Assembly (NCBI GenBank): GCA_951406725.2
Contig: OX597827.1
Location: forward strand, 81,096,001-81,160,000
Direction of reading: 5' to 3'
DNA length: 64,000 bases
Origin: Octopus vulgaris
Lineage: Eukaryota
Positions 41,190 through 53,915 of the stretch are shown here, piece after piece. Numbering within the stretch: the first letter of the stretch is position 1; each line of letters starts with the position of its first letter. Below the pieces are notes generated by a model. That model saw nothing but the letters and a program-made list of their open reading frames with translations. It was not told where the DNA came from and made no database searches. The translations under genes were made by a program, and so were the position numbers.

Positions 41190-41944
41190 GGTGGAGACAG
41201 CTGAAAGGGGTAGTGGAGGGGAAGATAGCCTTAAGTGGCACTCAAAGATAGAGACACTCAGTGAGTGTGACTGTGAAGGAGAGCAGTTGAAGAGTGGAGG
41301 GTTAAAAGACTAAAGGAGAGCAAGAATTCCTGGGTGTGTGTGTGTAGAGGAGAGGGAGACAGAAGGGTATGTGTGTGTGTGTGTGTGTGCGAGAGAGAGA
41401 GAGAGAGAGAGGGGGAAAAGGAGAGAGAGAGAGGGAGGGTGACAAAAGGACAGTAATTGTGTGTGTGTGTACCGTCTTCATCAATTCAAGAGATTTCATA
41501 AATTCATCACACCACCACGACCACCACCACCAACAACAGTGACACCCCCACCCCGCCCAGCCTCCACACCACTACTTTCTATAAAAACCAGTACTAGCAA
41601 TATTGTCACTACTAGTACATCAATGTATCAGACTCTTCTCACTCTATGACTCTCCCTCTCCCTCCCTCTCCCTCTCTCTCTCCCATTCTCCACTCCCCCC
41701 CACCCCATCATATGTCACTGTCACCAGACAGCAGATGTCTGGTGATGAAATTCAGTTACAATTTCTTGTCTGTATTTGGTCTCTTGTTGTTGAGTAAACA
41801 CACACACACACACACACGTGTGTGTGTGTGTGTGTGTTTGTCTAGAAATATATATATATGTGTATGTATACCTATCTATATACTTACCTATCCATCTATC
41901 CATCCGTCTATCTGTCTGTGCACACGCATGTGTGTGTGTGGGTG

Positions 41945-41975
<31 letters not shown>

Positions 41976-42227
41976 ATGTGTGTGTCTATAGCATTTAACA
42001 TTTTTAGTAAATTTTCCAAATACAGTCAAGTGTGTTACACCATCTTTTTTAGTAACTTTTTTTATAGGCAGTGCCCCAGCATGGCCGCAGTCTGATGACT
42101 GAAACAAGTAAAAGATAAAAGAAAAAAGATATATAATTAATTTTTAATTAAAAACGAAGTTTTTAATATACATACAAATGTCCAACATGACTGCAGCCAC
42201 ATGGCTGAAACACACATGTATGTATAT

Positions 42228-42545
42228 AGGGTGACCCCCTTTGGTCATGCATGACTGACCATGGGATTGCACCTAGGAAGTTACCCTCCACGGCATAAGT
42301 CCAGGCAAGGTTATTTATGGAAGACCAGCAGTCGCCCATGCATACCGGCCTTCCCTCTCCATGTCACCGATATTATCGAAGGGAAAGGCAAAGGGGCCGA
42401 TACAGCTTGGCACCAGTGACATTGCTGCTCATTTCTACAGCTGAGTGAACAGGAGCAACGTGAAATAAAGTGTCTTGCTCAAGAACACAACACACAGCCC
42501 AGTCTGGGAATCGAACTCACAACCTCTCGATCGTAAGCTCTGTGC
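42228..42545 (-). mobile_element. SINE family D with tail delta
   Basis: Reverse complement of 17565-17881; B box on the minus strand GAGTTCGATTCCC. Confidence 0.85.
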
Positions 42546-42699
42546 TGCATCTCAGAGATGCAGCACAGAATTTTGTCATTGAACAGGTCGCGGTCTCAAA
42601 GCAACGAAAATATTTTGACAAATTAAATTTAAATGATGAAGTGAATCTAACAGTTTTTATGTGTTTCTTAAATGGCTTATAAACACTTTGCCTGCGGCA

Positions 42700-42752
<53 letters not shown>

Positions 42753-43670
42753 AGAAGGTAACATCCAAAATTTGGGAAGCAATTAAAAGGTAGAACAAAA
42801 ATGCAGGACCTTTTGTCTCAGCCCCACTAACTCCATCCCCTAAAGACACCACCACGATATGCCACTGTAGTCATGAAAACAACAGCATGCTAGAATTAGG
42901 TGGGCTCCATCCATGTCAACCACCATAACTTTCAATGAGACCTTAGCTCTGTCAATCAGTTGCAACACGTCTATCAATGATGCAGGAGTCCAAAGGGTTT
43001 GAACGAAGAGTCAGGAGGCCACATCATGAGAGTCACCACATGATTACATGGTTCACTTGCATCTTAGTGGATAGAAATCATCCTTTCTTATGTAGAATTG
43101 TAATTGTTAATAGGTTTTGCCATCTTGAATGGCCTGGGGATGGCCCTCTTCGGCCTATTGTGGATGTTATTGATGATGTCCTGTCCTTGAGTATCTTGAT
43201 AAAATCACCTATCCTGATGACACCATGACACTAAAAGTACTTCTTTCTCTTGGCCAGGGCTTCCTCAACCCTCTGCACAAACGACTCTGGACCTCTAAAA
43301 AACAACCTTAATCCTCTATAGAAGTGATCTTCATCCTATGCAAAAGACAGTGACCCTTGATACAAACGACCCTAATGTTGCATTCAAAGAACCCTGGTCC
43401 TATACTTAGAGGATCAAACCATGTTCAAGACGCTGGTGACCCCTGCCCATCCAACTCCATGTGGTCAGTAGCTAGAACCACAGGCAAAGTGTGATTTTGC
43501 AGTTCTTGTCTGAGATAGGAATCTGCCAGGTTGATGTTGCCAACAATTCTGAGAAAGAGAAATGACAAAGTTTATACATTTGCCATCTGTCAGGTAACAT
43601 TGAGTGAAATTGCTTTCTACTTAAGGCCCAGCAAAGATTGTTCATAAATACCTGTGTGCAACCTGTATGT

Positions 43671-43721
<51 letters not shown>

Positions 43722-44134
43722 TGTGTGTATGTATGTATATATATATATGTAGATGGTTGAAAATTGTACAAAAAACAGAAGGCAGAAACAGGTGAGGGAA
43801 CAACAAAGCCTGTTAGTTTAACACTTAGGAAGAATGGAAGAGTCTGTGACATTCTGAGTCTACGCTCTTCTACAGAAAGGAACGGGAAGAGAGAACAGAT
43901 GGAGGAAGGAAAAAAATACGTGTCTAGATTAACAGTTTCACATATTGAACACCTACATACATATATACATACACATACATACATACACATACATATATCT
44001 AGAGAGAGAGGAAGGGGGAGATAGGTGAGAGGGAGAGAGAGAGAGCAATAGACAGATAGAGATACATATATGTGAATGTATGTGGAGTATATTAACATCA
44101 TATGCATGTGGGTATGTGAGTATGTTAACATCAT

Positions 44135-44245
44135 GTGAGCTAGCAGAATGCTGTGCCGTATTGGTTCCAAGTCTTGTAAGTTCAAATCCTGCCACGGTCG
44201 ACTTTGCCTTTCATCCATTTGGAGTTGATAAAATGAAATATCAAC
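44135..44245 (+). mobile_element. SINE family B fragment
   Basis: gtgagctagcagaa...agttcaaatcctgccacggtcgactttgcctttcatcc. Confidence 0.7.
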
Positions 44246-44314
44246 CAAGAATTGGCTGTGGTAGCATCAAACACTTCCCTCTCCTCAAAACTGTTACGTA
44301 AAGAGAAACAGTTG

Positions 44315-44345
<31 letters not shown>

Positions 44346-44606
44346 TATATTCTATTTCCATTGCTTAATTACTCCATTACAAGGCTGTGCTTTTTTCCAT
44401 ATATATATATGTAAATCGTTGTATACTGTCACGTTCACGTTAGATTGACAGTATACAACCATTCTATCGCCCCACCACCGTACATGAGAGATTTAGAAAT
44501 TTAATATTTCTGATATATGTAAATCATCATCATAAAAGCAAAGTTACACATATACCTGTTTGGTTATATATTCCAATATACAGGGGAATGATATTCATTT
44601 CATATT

Positions 44607-45390
44607 AGTAAATAGAAAAGCACTCGAAGAGCACAGACCTCTGCCAAGCAGCTCATTTCCACCCATAGACACGCATCCTGAAAAATCGCCCAATTTCTCA
44701 AACCAACGGCGGCAAAAACATAACCTCCTTGGCAGGGGTAAAAAAAAAGATAACACAGCCAAATGATTTTAAGAAAAAAACCCCTTTAAAAACAGGAATC
44801 ATCTGAAGCAGTCCACATCAGCATCAGCATCATTGTCACTGCTTCCACTTCAACCACAGACATCGCCATCAATGTTATCATGACGGTTACCTTGACAGTC
44901 ACTTTCACCACCACAACCAGTATAACCACTGCAATACCGCCACCATCACACAACTAACACTATCATCAACACCACTATTACCACCATCACCTCAGCATCA
45001 CACATGACACCGCTCTTGTCGCCATTATAACCACCAATTCTATTTTATCCTCCCCCCATACTTATCTCAACCATCGTCATCATCAACACTATCTCTAAAC
45101 AGCAACGCCACCATAGGTTACGTGGAAACGATGTGTTTTCAAGGGAGATAATCAAAGAACGTAACATTGTAATACTTCATGTAAAGTAAATATAACAAAT
45201 GAAAAATCCTTCAAAAATCCACAAAAATTCCTGGATCACTACCAAAATTTCATCATCTGTTCCTTGTATCATTACCAACTCTTCCTGCAAGTGTCATCTA
45301 ATACCGTTCACAACTTTTTGAGTTATTTTGCACACAGACGGACAAACCAACACCAATGAAAACCTAACCTCCTTCCTTGGCAGAGGTAAA
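44607..45390 (+). mobile_element. Helentron/HINE-like non-autonomous element(s)
   Basis: 5' aaagcactcgaagagcacagACCTCTGCCAAG (44637-44648), with complementary subterminal repeats CTTGGCAGGGGT (44728-44739) and CTTGGCAGAGGT (45376-45387), each preceded by aacctcc. The family assignment is from recall. Confidence 0.55.
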
Positions 45391-45564
45391 TATTAACTCA
45401 TATATCTGTTAAAATTATTCCAGATATTCAGCCTAAAGTTTCACTGGCTTAGTACAATCTTCAGTGGAGTAAAAAGAAGTTAATTAACATTCCGCTCTTG
45501 TTTACAACAACTTGTGGTGCTGGGAATTTTATAACAAAAGACAAAAATTTTTTTCTAAGGGGAT

Positions 45565-45742
45565 CCCTGTGCTGGTGTTGTGTAAAAAAAACAGTTCATT
45601 CTGCAGGGTGGTTGGTGTTAGGAAGGGCATCCAGCTGTAAAAACCATGCCAAAACAGACACAGAAGTCTGGGGAAATCTTCTGCCAGGCCAGTCCAGGCC
45701 ATGTCAGTATGGAAGGTGGATGTTAGATAATGATGATGATAG
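45565..45742 (+). mobile_element. RTE 3' tail fragment
   Basis: gtggttggtgttaggaagggcatccagctgtaaaaacc...ggatgttagataatgatgatg. Confidence 0.72.
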
Positions 45743-45890
45743 ATAGATAAATATGGTGTAGGGGTATTTGTATTTCTTTGTGTCTATGAATCCAAGAAGC
45801 CAGCAAGCAACCACCCACAGGCAAATACCAACATGCTGTATGACTGAACCAAGTGAAACCGAGTCTACTGAACGAGATACCTTTTGAAAA

Positions 45891-45992
45891 ATCACCTGAT
45901 GAGACACATCTACATCAAAGGATGCACCAGATATACAATAGTTCACACGCATGAGGGATCGATGTAAAATCGGTCAAAACAGTTGATGTGAT
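45891..45992 (+). ncRNA. Decayed type-I hammerhead ribozyme motif
   Basis: ATCAC-CTGATGA-GAC...GTC-aAAA-CAGTTG-at-GTGAT, followed by AATAAA. Stems I and II pair, but GAAA is AAAA and the cleavage site is altered. Confidence 0.55.
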
Positions 45993-46071
45993 AAATAAAG
46001 AATCCTGTGAATTCCATTTTGAGTGTCTTTCGTTGGTTATATTTGTCATTTGTTTTATATATATATATTTG

Positions 46072-46340
46072 TTCTTTTATTCGTTTCAGTCATTTGACTG
46101 TGGCCATGCTGGAGCACCACCGTTAGTTGAGCAAATCAACCCTAGGACTTATATTCTTTGTAAGCCTAGTACTTATTTTATCAGTCTCTGTTGCTGAACC
46201 TCTAAGTTACAAGGACATAAACACACTCGCATTGGTTGTCAAATGATATTGGGGGGGGGGGGGGGGCAAACATAGACACACAAACATATACATATATAGA
46301 TGGTCTTCTTTCAGTTTCCGTCTATCAAATCCACTCACAA
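46072..46340 (-). mobile_element. SINE family A, 3' two-thirds
   Basis: gtttcagtcatttgactgtggccatgctggagcacc...cttctttcagtttccgtctatcaaatccactcacaag. Confidence 0.85.
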
Positions 46341-46356
46341 GTCCCACTGTGCCTGT

Positions 46357-46403
<47 letters not shown>

Positions 46404-47269
46404 ATAGTGGCAAGCAGTGAGAAGAAGTACTCATCACTGCAATGGTGGATATAGACTTTCTTTATTTGTGGATTTTCTACATTACCTTAGGTTTCATGCT
46501 TTGTTATTTGCCTTTTTCAACTACTACACTTATATAATGTGGGTAATATCATCTCCATTTTATATATGGAGAGTTGAAATTATGAATTAAAAAGTACGAA
46601 ACCCTTGAAAATGTAGAAAATCCAGAAATAAAGAAACTATATACATATGTATATATAATAGAAATATGTTTAAAAAAGAATATAGAAGCTACACGTGGAA
46701 AAGGTAGGGGGAAAGGAAGGATAAAAAAAGCGAAAATGCACATTGAATATCAAAAAAAATAAAGGCTTTTTTAAGAAAAGTTACAATAAATTTAGACAAT
46801 TAGATGAACTGAGGTAGAATTAAGAGGAATACTTATGTGGTGTTAATTTTGTTCAGGAAACACAACTTTTTTTCCCATTCTCTTCAACTTAGCAAGTGCT
46901 AACCATCAAGAACCACTCCATCTCTTCCAAAATAATATTCTGCTATGTCTTTCCAACTACTACCATCATTTCTTTAGAATTGCCAACCAATTAGGCAAAT
47001 TTCTTGGTGATTCTCCCAAATCACCCCCACATCTGATCAACTGCTGCTGTCACGTATCCTTGTCTTTTGACAACTGTACAATTTCTCAAGGCCGACTTCC
47101 TACCCACTTTTGCAAGCATTAACTACTACTACTACTACTACTACTACTTGTTGTTGCTGCCTTTATGGAGTGTTTTGTGTGATTTGGCCACAGACTATGC
47201 TTATGAAAGTGGAGTCTACTGTATTTTGTTTAAAAAATGAATGAATCAAAATGTTCAGCTGTGATAACA

Positions 47270-48050
47270 AAAAGATAAAATGTTTTCAACACATCAAATT
47301 TGATGTTTGTGTTATGACATATCTTCTTACTCTGATGGTGTATTTGAGTACCCGGCCTTTGATAGTTGAAGTTACAGGGTTGTGTTTAACTTCACTATTT
47401 CTTAATTGCCAGATGTAGTGTGATAGAGAGGTGGAATTAGTTCTATTACTGGATAAATGTGCCTATTGGTAATATCTGATTTTAAATGTGTTCTCCATAA
47501 CCCTATTTAGTTCCCTTCATTACCATCAGCAAGTATTAAACTTGGTCTATACACCAACATACTAGAGATGCAATATCCTGTAGAGAAGTGGTTCTAGGTG
47601 ATTCTTCTGTTGGAATTTGTTGGTGTGGAGGTGACTACAATATTTCACAGATCATCATGTGATATTCCGGAAGTTTTGATATCCAAGAAACTATAGCTCA
47701 CCTTTATGTTGTCTCTGTTGATATGAGTGTTATGTTTAAGTGTGACTTGGAAGATTTTACTCAACAAAGATATGAAATTTCTAGCCATGTTTGTGGTTAC
47801 ATTCATATTTTAGGATGGACTGAATTAAATCATATATTTTGTCTTCTTTTCTTTTTTGTTATAATGAAATTGTCCTTATGCAGTGTTTTCTGGTTAAAAG
47901 CACTTCTTGTTAGAATGGTTTATTGAAAATATTCCTGCTACAAGATAGTTAAAAGTTATATTTGTGCTGTGAATGAAATTCTTAACTATGACTGGAATGG
48001 CTTTAATTTTTAGTTTATTCAGTCAGATCGAGTAAGTCTAAAAGGTTAAT
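47270..48050 (-). mobile_element. Penelope-like (Naiad-type) thumb-linker-endonuclease fragment
   Basis: The minus strand gives KRRQNI*FN, MNVTTNMARNFISLL, INRDNIKVSYS, ENTFKIRY and NSTSLSHYIWQLRN, with many frameshifts. Confidence 0.8.
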
Positions 48051-48106
48051 TATTCTTAAAAAGATGATGATGATTATTTCAAATTGTATTTTTTAATTGT
48101 GCCCAT

Positions 48107-48272
48107 AGGCGCAGGAGTGGCTGTGTGGTAAGTAGCTTGTTTACCAACCACATGGTTCCGGGTTCAGTCCCACTGTGTGGCACCTTGGGCAAGTGTCTTC
48201 TACTATAGTCTCGGGCCGACCAAAGCCTTGTGAGTGGATTTGTTAGACGGAAACTGAAAGAAGCCCGTCGTA

Positions 48273-48303
<31 letters not shown>

Positions 48304-48530
48304 GCGTGTGTGTGTTTGTGTGTCTGTGTTTGTCCCCCTAGCATTGCTTGACAACCGATGCTGGTGTGTTTATGTCCCCGTTACTTAGCGGTTTGGCAAA
48401 AGAGACCGATAGAATAAGTACTGGGCTTACAAAAGAATAAGTCCCGGGGTCGATTTGCTCGATTAAAGGCGGTGCTCCAGCATGGCCGCAGTCAAATGAC
48501 TGAAACAAGTAAAAGAGTAAAGAGTAAGAG
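48107..48530 (+). mobile_element. SINE family A, young full-length copy
   Basis: Intact A and B boxes, CpG-rich, (AAAGAGT)n-like tail. Confidence 0.93.
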
Positions 48531-48796
48531 AATATGACCTACCCCAAATTAGACACTCTGTGGTCACCCACATGATAAGAAATTGCCAAACTGTCATCTC
48601 TGTACAGTCCTAATCAATGGGTGCAGTTCCTAAGTTGAAAGTGTCTCTGATGAACGGGCTTACTGATTAGGAAGTTTCTGTGTCCTCGTAGCTCCCCATA
48701 AGTGCTAAATATTGGGACAGCCTCCTTTTTAACTAAGTAGGAGTTGTTGTAAAATAAGGTCGATATCCTGGCATGATTAGAAGCCTGATAAAAGCA

Positions 48797-49222
48797 GCAA
48801 GCTGGCAGAATCATTAGCATGCTGGACGAAATGCCCATCGCCATGTTATGAGTTCAAGTTCTGCCAAAGTTGACTTTACTTTTCATTCTTTCAGGGTCGA
48901 TAAAATAAGTACCAGTTGCACACTGGGGTTGATGTGGTCGACTCATTCTCTTCCCAGAATTGCTGTCCTTGTGGTAAAATTTAAATCATTATTAGGATCC
49001 TGATGAAGGTGACCAGCTGGCAGAGTGGTTAGCATGCTGGGCTTTGTGTCATTTTGTCTGTCCTTTCATTCTGGGTTCAAATTCTGCCAAGGTTGACTTT
49101 GCCTTTCATCCTTTTGAGGTCAATAATATAAGTACCAGTTGAATATTGGGGTTGATGTAATTGACTCACCCCTGCCCCTCATGAAATTGCTGGCCTTGTG
49201 CCAAAATTTGAAACCATTATTA
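48797..49222 (+). mobile_element. Two head-to-tail SINE family B variants (about 48797-48995 and 49007-49222)
   Basis: Each has agctggcaga...gttca...gacttt.c.tttcat.cttt...aagtaccagttg. CATTATTAG(G/A)ATCCTG follows both copies. Confidence 0.8.
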
Positions 49223-49514
49223 GAATCCTGGTGTCTAATTCTAAGGCTTCCAAGATTAAAAGAAAAGTGATATGGAGTCCAGCATCAAGCAGACCCTTGC
49301 TGTAACACCTTATTCATCTGGAAGGGGTTTATTCATATATATCAGGAATTTTAGAGGAAATTGTCTTTATAGCTTTTAAGAGTAAAGTAGAGAGTGTATC
49401 ATGTGTGTGTGTGTGTGTGTGTGTGTGTGAAGGCTGGTGAAGGTTTGTGCTAATAGACAGGAAAAAAAGTATTCAATATATAATTATCACCGACCACATA
49501 ACAATCACGTTCGT

Positions 49515-49835
49515 TGACTTCATCACTAATCATCATCATCAACATTGCTATCACCATCACCATCATCATCTTTATCATCATCATCATCGCCGTCATCACC
49601 ATTGTCATTGTCATCATCTTTATCATCATCATCATCATCGCCGTCATCACCATTGTCATCATCATCATCATCATCGCCGTCATCACCATTGTCATTGTCA
49701 TCATCATCATCATCATCATCATCACCATTGTCATCATCATCATCATCGTCGTCATCATCACCATCATTGCCATTGTTATTTACCATCATCAGCCTCCCAC
49801 CTTCCCTCCACCCCATTATTATCATCATCATCAAC
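49515..49835. repeat. Compound (CAT)n-type microsatellite with catcgccgtcatcaccattgt higher-order units
   Basis: Direct inspection. It is the source of the poly-His, poly-Asp and poly-Ser ORFs. Confidence 0.95.
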
Positions 49836-50503
49836 ACAATAAGAATCCTTCTCCACCTTCTTATCATATCATGGTTTAGGTGTATATATATATATAAAGA
49901 CTACAAGGGCCAATGTGCCCTTTCTTTATTTCAGTCATTAAGACGTGATTTGTAGGAGATTTAGCTGCTATTTCTACATGGTCGAGTAACCATGTAGAGC
50001 CTCATTTAACATTGATATCATTGTTGCTGCCACAGTTGTTGGTGTTGGTGTTGTATTTATCTTTTCCTCATTACCTCTTACTTCCACACCCTCCTCTCCC
50101 ATCTTCTCCAACACAAGGACACACAGACACACACACACATCTAGATACACTCGATAAATTATTTTTTCCTATGTCAACGTCAGACAAATAAACATAAATA
50201 TAGAAAATATCTATGTGTCTGTAGTTTATATATTTCTCAGGGAGTGTATATATGTACATACACACACACGTGTGTGTGTGTGTATATATAAATATACATA
50301 CATAGACACATATACATATACATACATGTGTACGTATGTGTGTGAGTGAGACCATGTGACCTGTACCTCAAAGAACTCTCTTGTGGTGCTAAGCTTATAT
50401 TTCTATTTTGGAGTTAGAATTTTTCTTTTAGAAAATGTCTCCATTCCTGTGTGGAAACATAACATCAGTGCTTCAGTGTTGGTGTACAGAGAATTGGAAC
50501 TGC

Positions 50504-50579
<76 letters not shown>

Positions 50580-50642
50580 CTTATATATATATATACATAC
50601 CCACATATACATTATAATCATACATTTATATATGCATATATG

Positions 50643-50676
<34 letters not shown>

Positions 50677-50706
50677 TATATATATACACATGTATATATA
50701 TGTATA

Positions 50707-50746
<40 letters not shown>

Positions 50747-51038
50747 CATATATATATATAAAAATATGTATATATATATATATATGTATATATATATACA
50801 CATATGTATGTATGTATATATATATATATATATATATATTATGTGTGTATGTGTGTGTGTGTGTGTGTGAGCGTGTGAGTGTCTACTCATATTTGTATCT
50901 GATGTCTATTCTTTTTATTTATCAACACATCTGGCCTGTGTAGCATCAAATATATGTCACTATCTATCTATTTGTCTGATTTCCTTTATATATAGAAGTG
51001 TATGTGTGTGTATATATGTCTGGGTCTGTGTATACATA

Positions 51039-51070
<32 letters not shown>

Positions 51071-51075
51071 GATAA

Positions 51076-51270
51076 TCATTGTTTAACCCTGCTGGCATGG
51101 GTTGGATGGTTTATCAGGATATGGTGTGGCACAGGGTGGCACCAAGTTCCACTGTCTGCCTTGGTATGGTTTCTATGGTTGGCTGCCCTTTTTAATGCCA
51201 ACCTCTTTACAGAGTGCACTGGATGGTTTTTATGTAGCAGTGATACTTGTGGGGTCACCAAGTCACTTAC
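51076..51270 (-). mobile_element. RTE 3' tail fragment
   Basis: tgctggcatgggttggatgg...gcccttttt aatgccaac..ctttacagagtg.actgg. Confidence 0.65.
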
Positions 51271-51849
51271 AAGATGAGAAAAGAAGAGCAAACAGGAAAA
51301 AGGGAAAGCAAAAATAAAATCTCCGACAATTAAATATGGAGATTTTTTGGAAAAGAGACGTAGTTTTATGTTTGGCGTTGAAAGGCCAAGGACAGCAACA
51401 GGTGTCTTTCTGCACAAGAGATGTGTGGCTACCCCACATTATACAGAAGTAGGTTTGAGTGGCTAGGAAGGAGATAAAGCTGGCTGATAGACAATAGTGT
51501 ATTGTCGTATATTGGTATTGTAAATGGGATGAGGGTAGCCCTGGTCTTATATACGTAGCAGGGCAAAGTCGGTCAGATGTTTTAATAGCAAAACCAATAC
51601 AGTGTGTCTGGTGTTTCTCTGATCAGATTTACATTAAGTATTTATAGACAAGCCTGGTCTTATGGAAACATTGCAGTGCGAAATTTTAATTTCGCACATA
51701 AGCACTGTTTGTTTTTGATTTTGTCGACTACACAGTATAGTAGGGTCAGTTGGGCACCGTCAGTGAGTAAAACAGCACTGCCAGAAATTTGGAAATGAAA
51801 TGCTGTACTGCTTGGCATTCATGCTGAAAGCTTCAATAGGAACATTTCA

Positions 51850-52457
51850 GAATTTTGGGGTGTCAATCTGAGGACATGTACCAAGAGTGATAAAAATCAA
51901 ACATCCAGTCAACATCATGGTGTTTGGAGTGATCACTAGTGATGGTGAGGTTATGCCGCCATTCATCTTCCTAAATAGCCTCAACTCAACACGAAGGCCT
52001 AGATCAAGTGCCTGGAGGAGGTAGTGCTGCCCTGGGTCAAGAGGGTGGCTGCTGGAACACTCTATGTCTGGTAACAGGACTCTGCACCATTGCCACATAA
52101 GCAGAAGAACCCAGTCATGGCTGTCAGACAATTTCTGCAACCACGCCACCCCTAACATCTGGCCACCTAACTCTCTAGACCAACAAAACTCCTTGTAACA
52201 CCAAAGTTGAACTGAAGGTAAGGATTTTGGCAGCATTCACCAACTTAAACAAGGAGACCGTCCAGAAGAGTTGCAGGAGATTCTGAAGTTGTCTGGAAGC
52301 TGTGGTTGAAGTGAATGGCGATTTTATTGAATAAATTTATTCTTTAGTATTTCAGGATATTTTTATGTAATTTTAGTAAATACAGCTGTTAAAATGAGAT
52401 GTCAGTGTTATTTTCATTTTAGCATAATTTAGCCGACAGTTTATTTACCACACCCTG
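51850..52457 (+). mobile_element. Tc1/mariner transposase relic (maT/DD37D-like) with right end
   Basis: KHPVNIMVFGVITSDGEVMPPFIF, CLEEVVLPWVKRVAAG, YVW*QDSAP-CHISRRTQSWL...IWPPNSLD, then an internal deletion. Ends CACCCTG-TA. Confidence 0.85.
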
Positions 52458-53454
52458 TATATAGAGATAACCAGCTATTAGGGGTGAATAAATGAGTCCT
52501 GATTATGGCATAAGAAAAGGTTCAGACTGTAGAAAGTGTGTGAGGGGAGGGCTAAGAGTTGGTTAGGGGTAGGGTGAATGTGAAAATAATGAATGATGAC
52601 CAAGGAGGGGAGTGGAGTTGATGGAAAATATGAGAATGGAGGAGGGGTAAGGTGTGACAGATAGGAGTAATTCCTGAAAAAGGCCAGAAAGTAGGGGCAG
52701 GGGGATGAAGTGCAAGATGTAGGAGCCATGGGGAGGGAGGGTGTAGGGCTACATAAGGGTGGCTCATTGTTGCCCTCAAAACCACTGCAGGTATATAAAG
52801 GTACTGCTAACAAGAGCAGGATTTATGGAAAATTGTGTTCGTAGGTTGTCGTGAAAATGGTTTGGTTCCGATATAATATGCTGTGTAGTGTTGTGTAAAA
52901 ATAGCAGGTATCATTAATGTCACGGATGGAGGAGTCTAAAATGGCAAAATTTCTCTACCACATGGTGCTAAGGGATTCCAAGAAGACTGTAGCTTATGTA
53001 ATAAAGAAGGAAATGGTAGAAGGAGGACAGGTATTAAAGTGAGAGAGTTGCAGGAGAGGAGATATGAGGTGATTTAGGATGGGCATGAAAGGAATGGCAT
53101 TTATGACATAACAACAAAAATAGGTAAGATTTATCAGGTTGAAGAGGTACCAATTCTTGGATTAATGGGACAACAATGGTTTGGTGGTAGGATTTAATGT
53201 GTAACAGGGGAAAAAAAGTAGCATAGTACAATATGAAGCAGAAGATTTTCTGGTAGCATCAAGGCTACTTCCCACCATTGAAGGCCAGAGGGCATTGAAA
53301 GGCTTCATGTTATCAGAAGATACTGAAACTGCTGTGATCTACAGTTAACAGGTAATGAAGGGTATGTGTGTATATGTATATATATATACACATACACATG
53401 CATAAATCATCCATAAGTCAGGGAAAAGATGCACTCATCTGTTAAAAGAGTGGG

Positions 53455-53670
53455 TATATTATCTGAAATGTACAACATTATATCCATCACACTTATTGTA
53501 CCCATTGGTTTCGTGCAAGGAATACAATGGAGCGTTAGCTATCTCTGATGAATGTAAGGTTATATAATTGGTTTGTTGTTACCTAACGCTCCATTGTATT
53601 CATTGCATGAAACTGATTGGTAAGATCAGCCGTTATGGATACATAATACTGTACATTTTGGATTATATAT
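53455..53670. repeat. About 85-bp inverted repeat overlapping a hammerhead (PLE pseudo-LTR-like fold-back)
   Basis: 53455-53538 matches the reverse complement of 53583-53670, for example gaatacaatggagcgttag versus ctaacgctccattgtattc. Confidence 0.85.
53541..53626 (+). ncRNA. Type-I hammerhead ribozyme, intact core
   Basis: Stem I ATCT/AGAT; CTGATGA 53545-53551; stem II ATGTAAGG/CATTGCAT; GAAA 53609-53612; short stem III ACTGATTGGT; cleavage triplet GUA 53620-53622. Confidence 0.78.
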
Positions 53671-53895
53671 CATCATCATTATCGTTTAACATCCGCTTTC
53701 CATGCTAGCATGGGTTGGATGGTTCGACTGGGGTCTGGGAAGCCAGAAGGCTGCATCAGGCTCCAGTCTGATCTGGCAGTGTTTCTACAGTTGGATGCCC
53801 TTCCTAATGCCAACCACTCTGTGAGTGTAGTGGGTGCTTTTTACATGCACCAGCATGGAAGCCAGTCAAGGTGATGCTGGCATTGGCCATGTTTT
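53671..53895 (-). mobile_element. RTE 3' tail
   Basis: catcatcattatcgtttaacatccgctttccatgctagcatgggttgg...ggatgcccttcctaatgccaaccac. Confidence 0.85.
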
Positions 53896-53915
53896 GATAT
53901 ATATATATACACATA

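Noticed and set aside
42977-43110. DRNHPFLCRIVIV resembling mariner PFLxRIVTxDE
   Set aside because: It is a single short motif with the catalytic D absent and no TIR found.
49447-49955. Poly-His/Cys ORF resembling a metal-binding or beak protein
   Set aside because: It is a (CAT)n compound microsatellite open in most frames.
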